Positions 43,917-50,196 of a DNA stretch of 50,196 nt are shown piece by piece. Origin of the DNA: Blastocatellia bacterium (GTDB taxonomy: Bacteria; Acidobacteriota; Blastocatellia; RBC074). The notes under the pieces were generated by a model. The model worked only from the letters and a program-made list of their open reading frames with translations, was not told the origin of the DNA and made no database searches. The stretch is taken from NCBI GenBank assembly GCA_031423535.1, contig JANPFS010000932.1, positions 1-50,196 of the forward strand. Direction: 5' to 3'. Positions within the stretch are counted from its first letter, which is position 1; each line of letters opens with the position of its first letter. The translations under genes were made by a program, and so were the position numbers.

Positions 43917-46892
43917 TTATCTTAGGCTTATCCGCACTGGGTTCGACGCCTTGCCCTCTACGCTAATTTCGACATTAACCGCACCACGACCAGCCAGGCT
44001 CTTCGGCACACGCACATTGATTTGATCCAATCCAACATACTGGCCTTGCTTGTCAGCATACTCGACTACTGCATCCACGCCGCCGATCTTGACGATGACG
44101 TTGTTGAGATTACTGCGATAACGAAGCCCCGTTCCATACAACACTAACACTACAGTATCCGTACTCACATCAATCGGCACTGGTACAATTTGATTTTGCG
44201 CTGCATCAAAGCGAGCTACGCGCTCAATCACTTGTGCGCCATTGTTTTTGACATAGACGACGTCTCCAGCCGCCCAGCCCTGCCCCGAAGAATCGGCGGA
44301 AAATATACCTGGCGCGATTTTGCTTACATTGAGCAAGCCTGGCGTGGCTTCGCCAGAACTGTTCACGATTGTGACGGTCGCAATGCCTTCTGCGGTCTCC
44401 GCTGGAATTTGGTAGTTGACCTGATTCGGCGAAACGAAAAACAGCGCGGCCAACCGTTCGACGCCCTGACTGTCTTTGACCTTGACTGTGGTGCCGCCGA
44501 GTGTCGTAGGCAACGGATTGCTTGCCGCGCCAACTGTTAACGTCGACAGCCGGGTTCCAAAGGCTGAGGATATCGAATCTGCCGCCAATTCTGTATTTAC
44601 ATAGTTTGCCGCCGATACAGAGGCTGCTGCCCTGCCGCTAACTGTAATCGCACTGTTGGTGTAGCTAACCGATTCAATGGGGGTAGCAAACGCATCTACA
44701 ACTTCACGCGCCAGCAATTGATCGGTAAAGGTGATATTGGTGACTACATCGCCCTCGTTCCCTCCAGGGATAAATCGAACCGTTAATAGTGTGCGCGTTC
44801 CCGCCGCCAATTGCTGTCCCCCAGGCAATGCGAGGGCAATGCCGATCTTGCCGGTGGTTGCTTGTGAACGATTCACTTGCAAGGCAGCGCCAGTAGCACC
44901 GTTGCCAACATTGGCATCCACAAAGCTCATTTGTTTGGGATCGAAGTTAAGGCTAAACGCGGTCGCATTTTCGTTGCCCTGTGCATCCAGTTCAATTTGT
45001 AATGTCCCGATTTGACCACGCATGAATTGGGAATTGACCGCACGGAGAATTCTTCCCGCTTCTGGTTGGACGTTAGCACCTATACCCGTTAGTGCCAAAG
45101 GTGAAACGGGGGCGCTTGGCCCTCCTGCTGGCAGAACCGGATCAAGCCCTGCCGCAAATCGCCCCGCTTGTACCCAATCCGCGAGAGTGATTTTCCCATC
45201 TCCCAAGGTGGCCTTCGGCGCGCAATCTGCACGCTGAAATTCACTGCCGACGTTTAGGGAATCAAGCAGTGCAACAAATCGCCCCATCTGTGTCCAATCT
45301 GCGATTGTTACCGTGCCATTGTTGTTCCCATTGGGGCGAGGCGAGACATCCGCTTCGTAGCCTGTGGCCAGCGGATTGATAGTAAAAGTCTGCGCGGTAG
45401 TTGTGCCGCCACTTGGCGGGGCATTGTAAACAGTAACGAAGGCTGTCCCCGCGTTCGCCAAATCGGTGCCAGGAATCGCGGCTTGCAGTTGTGTCGAGGA
45501 AATAAATGTCGTGGGCCTATCCGCTCCGTTCCATCGGACAACGGAGCTTCTGAGAAAATTCGCTCCGTTCAATGTTAGTGTAAAAGCAGCATCGCCCTGC
45601 GTTTTTACCGTGGGGGAGATTGAAACCAGCGAAGGTACGAGTCCTGTCACTGTAAAGGTTAGTTCGTTGGATGTTCCTCCTGGCGGAGTGGGATTGACGA
45701 CCTTAATCTTGGCAACTCCCTCGGTGGAAAGATCAGAGGTGAGAATGTTTGCGGTCAGTTGTGTACTGCTAACAAAGGTTGTGGTTCGATTTTGTCCATT
45801 CCATTGCACTGTCGCGCCATTCACAAAGCCAGTGCCATTGACAGTCAGCGCGATCCCTGTGCTACCAGCATTAATTGTATTCGGGCTAAGCGAAGTGAGG
45901 GTTGGCGCTACCACATCTCCGTTCAGGGTCAAGGTGGATTCGGCGTAAGTCGCATTCAGTGAATTGGCATAAACATCAGCAACACCACTGACTGTTGGTT
46001 GATCACCGAAAAATAAGCGGGTAGTAGTCGTGACCCCGGACGAGATTTGAAACCGTACAAGAGCGATTGTCGCTGTACCAGCAGCAAAAGCCTTGCCGGG
46101 GCTGAGCGCCAGAACAATGCCGACTTTACCATTTGTCACCTGACTGGTGTTCACAAGCAGTTGTGCATCGGCAAGGCCGGTGCTGGCACTGACGAACATG
46201 AACAAGGTAGGATCAAAGTTGAGACTGAAGGCGATGGCATTCTCATCGCCCTGTGCATCGAATTCGAGATTGAGTGGATTGCTTTGACCGCGTTGTAAAG
46301 ATGGACTTGTAATTCGGACGGTGCGAGAGCCAGTGGCCTGCAAAATATTTCGCGTGTTAAAAAATGAAGAGGGCGACGGCATGAGCGCAGAGAGCAACCC
46401 GGATGTCACTGGTGCAGCAGCCGGGACGAGATCATCCAAACCCGCAAAAAATCGCCCTGCCTGTACCCAATCAAAAACGTCTATCTTTCCATTGCCGAAG
46501 GTAGTCAAGGGCGCACTGTCGGCGCGCTGTAATTCGCTTGTGTTGGTTATGGCATCAATCCCTGCGGCAAACCGTCCTACCTGATCCCAGTCCTGGCGTG
46601 CGATGATTCCCGTTTTCTTTCCCGCCGGGCGCGGCGTTACATCGGCCTTGAACTCTACGTTTTTGACCGTAACGGAAGTGCGATTTCCTGCCGCATCATA
46701 ACCGTAGGTAATGATTGCGCCGTTGGAATAAGTAGCTGTTTCAAGGCGATTAAGCTTATCGTAGGTATAAACAACGGTAGGATTTTGCCCGCAAGCATTA
46801 TCTCGCTGCCCTCCACAAATAATGAGAGCAGAAACTACGACGGTATAGAGTAATATTTTCATTTTGCTCTTTTGCCCCATGATGTAACACAA
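43917..46892 (-). CDS. 991-aa secreted/lipoprotein adhesin-like protein: N-terminal YD repeats, two (dockerin-like + cohesin-like) modules, two IPT/TIG domains, TIGR03437-like C-terminus
   Basis: N-terminus LYTVVVSALIICGG, then YTYDKLNRLETATYSNGAIITYGYDAAGNRTSV. Duplicated GDGKI.L.DWVQAGRF.AGLD plus F.L.FD...... modules. SLSPNTINAGSTGIALTVNGTGF and ISPTVKTQGDAAFTLTLNGANF are IPT-like. C-terminal VNYQIPAETAEGIATVTIVN ... LYGTGLRY ... YADKQGQYVGLDQINVRVP. Confidence 0.85.
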   Translation of the reverse strand: MCYIMGQKSKMKILLYTVVVSALIICGGQRDNACGQNPTVVYTYDKLNRLETATYSNGAIITYGYDAAGNRTSVTVKNVEFKADVTPRPAGKKTGIIARQDWDQVGRFAAGIDAITNTSELQRADSAPLTTFGNGKIDVFDWVQAGRFFAGLDDLVPAAAPVTSGLLSALMPSPSSFFNTRNILQATGSRTVRITSPSLQRGQSNPLNLEFDAQGDENAIAFSLNFDPTLFMFVSASTGLADAQLLVNTSQVTNGKVGIVLALSPGKAFAAGTATIALVRFQISSGVTTTTRLFFGDQPTVSGVADVYANSLNATYAESTLTLNGDVVAPTLTSLSPNTINAGSTGIALTVNGTGFVNGATVQWNGQNRTTTFVSSTQLTANILTSDLSTEGVAKIKVVNPTPPGGTSNELTFTVTGLVPSLVSISPTVKTQGDAAFTLTLNGANFLRSSVVRWNGADRPTTFISSTQLQAAIPGTDLANAGTAFVTVYNAPPSGGTTTAQTFTINPLATGYEADVSPRPNGNNNGTVTIADWTQMGRFVALLDSLNVGSEFQRADCAPKATLGDGKITLADWVQAGRFAAGLDPVLPAGGPSAPVSPLALTGIGANVQPEAGRILRAVNSQFMRGQIGTLQIELDAQGNENATAFSLNFDPKQMSFVDANVGNGATGAALQVNRSQATTGKIGIALALPGGQQLAAGTRTLLTVRFIPGGNEGDVVTNITFTDQLLAREVVDAFATPIESVSYTNSAITVSGRAAASVSAANYVNTELAADSISSAFGTRLSTLTVGAASNPLPTTLGGTTVKVKDSQGVERLAALFFVSPNQVNYQIPAETAEGIATVTIVNSSGEATPGLLNVSKIAPGIFSADSSGQGWAAGDVVYVKNNGAQVIERVARFDAAQNQIVPVPIDVSTDTVVLVLYGTGLRYRSNLNNVIVKIGGVDAVVEYADKQGQYVGLDQINVRVPKSLAGRGAVNVEISVEGKASNPVRISLR

Positions 46893-46951
46893 TCCAATTC
46901 AGTAAATAAACCCAGACATTTTGTGCAACACTAAACTTGTAGAATATGGCC

Positions 46952-49900
46952 TTACTTCCACCTTCCACCCCCGCCTCCAAAACTACCTCCACCTGAGAAA
47001 CCGCCAGAGAAGCCACTCAAAGGCGATGTTCTTTTTTTACTGGAATTATCTATACCTTCTGTCATGAGATATTTAAGTGTGTTAGAAAAAGGTAATCCAC
47101 TTAAATCTATTAAGGCACCAGAGCCGGCCTTGCTCGCTTCAGATATAGTAAGCTCTCCGCGAATTATCTTAGGAACCAAAGGGGCGTAGTCGGTCAATGC
47201 GTCCTTAATGGCACCAACTCCTTTAGTAAAAATTCCGGTCCATGGTGCCAACAGACTCACTGCATCTTTTGTAAAAGCAATCTCTCCCTTACTGTAACCT
47301 GCCGCGAGGCAAGCACTGTCGTATTCATAAAGAGATATGTTGCAGACGAAGTGGTTTGAGCTATCTACAAAAGACTGTCCGGTTGGGGTATCAACAAAGT
47401 TTGTGGCACGATATAAGGCACCATCATATTTAAGAGGATCGCTTAAAAAATCCGCTGTCGCATTGTATGCGCCAGAAACTGCATTAGCAGTCACATCGTA
47501 TGCCTTGGAAACGCCATTGACCGTTGCGTTATATGCGCCAGAGATCATGCTTGAGAAAGAGAGGCCAAGCGGGTCAATATTACCTGTGGGGTTGTTACCG
47601 ACATACGCAAAGAGGTTCAGGCTTTGCGTGTTCGATGGCGCGCCAGGAACTAAGTCTTTATTGAGGAACCGTCCCATTTCAGGTAAATAATAACGTGCCC
47701 GCATGAATTGCAGTCCATTGTTTTCCTGCATAACCCCATGTTGCCCAATATACTGGAATGGTTGTGGGACGCTCTCATTAGAGCTAACCACTCTACCAAA
47801 TAAATCGTAAGAGTAACGATTCGCCATTATTTGTGCATCATCAGTCATGGCTACAGTGGAACCAAGCGGATCAAAGTGGTAGTAATAATGCTTCCCATCT
47901 ACCCCGACTTTGCTTGTTAACCCAAGACCAGGAATATAGTACCCTATAATTCCTCCATTGCTATCCGTCTCGCAGGGTAGCTGTGAAAGTTGCCGATTGG
48001 TATCTACGACATATCGCGTCATCTTCGCCCCCTCCTGCTTACCAAGTCGCACGCCAGCACCGTTATAAAAATATTGCGTAGTCCCTCCCACTGCGCTCAG
48101 GCGATCATCGAAATCGTACGTAAACGCCGTTGTCACGGCCCCCGTAATCTTTTTCGTCAGATTCCCATTGGCATCAAACGTGAATGTTGATGCACCAGCT
48201 TGTTTGATTTGGTTTGCGGCATCATAAGCCGCCACTTGCGGTGGAGTGGTGACCTGTAAGGGAAGCGGCTCTTGAATGCTTGCGCTCAGCCGATTCCCAT
48301 TTTTGTCCAACATATAAGCGTATGAACTAATAATTGTTCCGTCAGACTTCGCATTCATCAGCTTCGTCAAACGCCCCGCATTATCATAAGTATAGGTTGC
48401 GGTGGTTCCATTTCCGTTTGTCACTTTAGTTACCAGGCTTCGCTGATCATATTCATAGTTGGTTTTCTTGCCCAGCCAATCCGTCACAGATACCATTCGA
48501 TTACCTTTGTCGTATTCGTAATTTACCTGCTTACTATCCGGGTAGGTCAAAACCTTAACATTGTCATTCTCATCGTATTGATAGCCAATCGTTTTGCCGT
48601 AGGCGTCGGTGTAACTGGTTACTCGATTCAGGTCGTCATACAGGTATTTCGTTGTCCCGATTGCATCCACCATCTCTAACACGTTCCCGTTTTCGTCATA
48701 TTTGAAGGTAACAGTCTTTGTATCCGGGTATGTAATGGTGATAGGCCGATTGTTATTGTCGTAGTCGTATTTGGTGGTTTGCTGTTTCGCGTCGGTGCGC
48801 GTTTTGCGATTGCCGACTTCATCGTAGGTGTAGATATATTTGTTCGTCAACGGGTCTTCCATCGTCTCAACCCGGTTGAGTTTGTCGTAGGTCGTTTTGG
48901 AGACACGCTGGTTCGGGTCTTCGACAGAAATACGATTACGGTTTTTGTCGTAACTATATTTGGCTGTCTTCAAGGCTGCATCTGTGACCACCGTTAGGTT
49001 GCCAACGACATCGTACTCAAACTTGGTAGAGTTACCACGTTGGTCGATTTCTTCACTCAGCCGATTCGTAGCGTCATAATTGCGCTGTACCGTATTGCCT
49101 AATGAATCTTTGATCTGCCTCAGATGATTAAGCGCGTCATAGGTAAATTCCGTAGCCTGTCCGCTGGGGTCAATAGTTTTTGTTCGATTCCCATTCGCGT
49201 CATATTCGTACCGCGTGGTATTTCCGTTTGGGTCTTTAACGGAAATCAGCCGATCTTCATTATCGTACTCAAACTGAGCCAGGTTCCCGCGCTTATCCTT
49301 GGTTGAGATGCGGCGGTCAAGCTTATCGTAGGTATGCTCAACGGTTTTGCCGAAGGCGTCAGTGACTCTCACCAACAGATTGTTTTCATTGTAATCATAC
49401 TTTGTCAGTTTCCCTCGCGCATCTCGCATGCTGATGCGATTGTTATTGGCATCGTAGGTGTAGGTGGTAACCTTGCCGGAAGGGTCTGTAACGTTCAGCA
49501 CATTATCATTATTGTCATAGGTGTAGCTGGTTGTTTTCCCTCGCGCGTTTGTCATGCTGATGCGCCGCCCAATCGGATCGTAAGTATAAGAGGTCGTATT
49601 CCCCAGCGCATCTTTGATGCTTTGCAGATTCCCCTTGCTATCATAAGTTCTGGTGGTGGAATTCTTATTCGCATCAACCGTTACTAATGGCTGACCGTAG
49701 GAGTCGTAAGTCGTAGTAACCGTATTGCTGAGCGGATCTGTAATACCCGTCAAATTCCCCTTGCCATCGTAGGTTAATTGCGTTTTGGCATTTCGTTCAT
49801 CTGTGATTAAGGTAGGGTTGTTTTGGCCATCATAGCTGACCTGCCGGATTTTTTGCAGCGGGTCTGTATAGGCGGTGACATTACCACTCGGATCATACAC

Positions 49901-50196
49901 ATAAGTGGAATAGTTGCTTTTCAGGTCAGACACTTGCGAACGATTGTTGCGCTCATCGTAGCGAATATCTGCCTGATTACTCAGCCGATCAGCCGCGCGT
50001 TGCATATTAAAATACGTGTCGTGCGTATATTTGATTGATTTACTGTCCGCATTGGAGGGGTGTGAATTCACCCTGATGTACCGTTTAAGTCGCGCCCAGC
50101 ATGACATTAGCCCAGAAGCCATCCCATTGTTGCGACAGCTTGATGGCGCGTAATTGCAGCAGGGGTGCCCCGGACGCCCGTTTCCAGCGCATCCCA
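46952..50196 (-). CDS. RHS/YD-repeat polymorphic toxin with an unrecognised 202-aa C-terminal domain; 5-prime end probably beyond the window
   Basis: Dozens of YD repeats (YTYD..G/N). The RHS core end is RARYYLPEMGRFLNKD ... GNNPTGNIDPLGL (DPLGL at 47561-47575), followed by a variable tail ending SGFSGGFSGGGSFGGGGGRWK. The reading frame has no stop between the first ATG (50122) and the window end. Confidence 0.85.
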   Translation of the reverse strand, partial: GCAGNGRPGHPCCNYAPSSCRNNGMASGLMSCWARLKRYIRVNSHPSNADSKSIKYTHDTYFNMQRAADRLSNQADIRYDERNNRSQVSDLKSNYSTYVYDPSGNVTAYTDPLQKIRQVSYDGQNNPTLITDERNAKTQLTYDGKGNLTGITDPLSNTVTTTYDSYGQPLVTVDANKNSTTRTYDSKGNLQSIKDALGNTTSYTYDPIGRRISMTNARGKTTSYTYDNNDNVLNVTDPSGKVTTYTYDANNNRISMRDARGKLTKYDYNENNLLVRVTDAFGKTVEHTYDKLDRRISTKDKRGNLAQFEYDNEDRLISVKDPNGNTTRYEYDANGNRTKTIDPSGQATEFTYDALNHLRQIKDSLGNTVQRNYDATNRLSEEIDQRGNSTKFEYDVVGNLTVVTDAALKTAKYSYDKNRNRISVEDPNQRVSKTTYDKLNRVETMEDPLTNKYIYTYDEVGNRKTRTDAKQQTTKYDYDNNNRPITITYPDTKTVTFKYDENGNVLEMVDAIGTTKYLYDDLNRVTSYTDAYGKTIGYQYDENDNVKVLTYPDSKQVNYEYDKGNRMVSVTDWLGKKTNYEYDQRSLVTKVTNGNGTTATYTYDNAGRLTKLMNAKSDGTIISSYAYMLDKNGNRLSASIQEPLPLQVTTPPQVAAYDAANQIKQAGASTFTFDANGNLTKKITGAVTTAFTYDFDDRLSAVGGTTQYFYNGAGVRLGKQEGAKMTRYVVDTNRQLSQLPCETDSNGGIIGYYIPGLGLTSKVGVDGKHYYYHFDPLGSTVAMTDDAQIMANRYSYDLFGRVVSSNESVPQPFQYIGQHGVMQENNGLQFMRARYYLPEMGRFLNKDLVPGAPSNTQSLNLFAYVGNNPTGNIDPLGLSFSSMISGAYNATVNGVSKAYDVTANAVSGAYNATADFLSDPLKYDGALYRATNFVDTPTGQSFVDSSNHFVCNISLYEYDSACLAAGYSKGEIAFTKDAVSLLAPWTGIFTKGVGAIKDALTDYAPLVPKIIRGELTISEASKAGSGALIDLSGLPFSNTLKYLMTEGIDNSSKKRTSPLSGFSGGFSGGGSFGGGGGRWK

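Overview
This 50.2-kb segment is mostly minus-strand coding and looks like accessory chromosomal DNA. It is probably from an Acidobacteriota genome. That assignment is an inference: three large secreted proteins end in the Solibacter-type C-terminal domain (TIGR03437-like), and FG-GAP/VCBS, YD/RHS, TPR and WD40 proteins are abundant. I found no rRNA, tRNA or cas genes.

Main content:
- A three-gene TPR-CHAT (caspase-like) cassette at 38.7-43.8 kb. It resembles the computationally predicted but experimentally uncharacterised CATASP/CATRA/caspase-TPR conflict system.
- A dispersed family of ~300-nt conserved intergenic elements. There are two full copies (7.9 and 9.8 kb) and one truncated copy (27.1 kb).
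- A rearranged copy of that element at the window start. It carries two perfect 39-nt direct repeats around a hairpin spacer and so looks like a CRISPR mini-array.
- An IS110-family element with a frameshifted transposase (11.4-12.8 kb).
- A RES/Xre toxin-antitoxin pair (27.7-28.6 kb).
- An RHS/YD polymorphic toxin with an unrecognised Gly-tailed C-terminal domain and no obvious immunity gene (47.0-50.2 kb, open at the window edge).
- A roughly 1000-aa FG-GAP protein split by a frameshift exactly at a G7 homopolymer.
- A secreted protein with a TIMP/NTR-like N-terminus.
- A SET-domain protein, a TMEM175-type channel, an FGE-sulfatase-domain protein and a 1406-aa S1 protease.

All family calls rest on motifs read by eye. 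No database search was possible.
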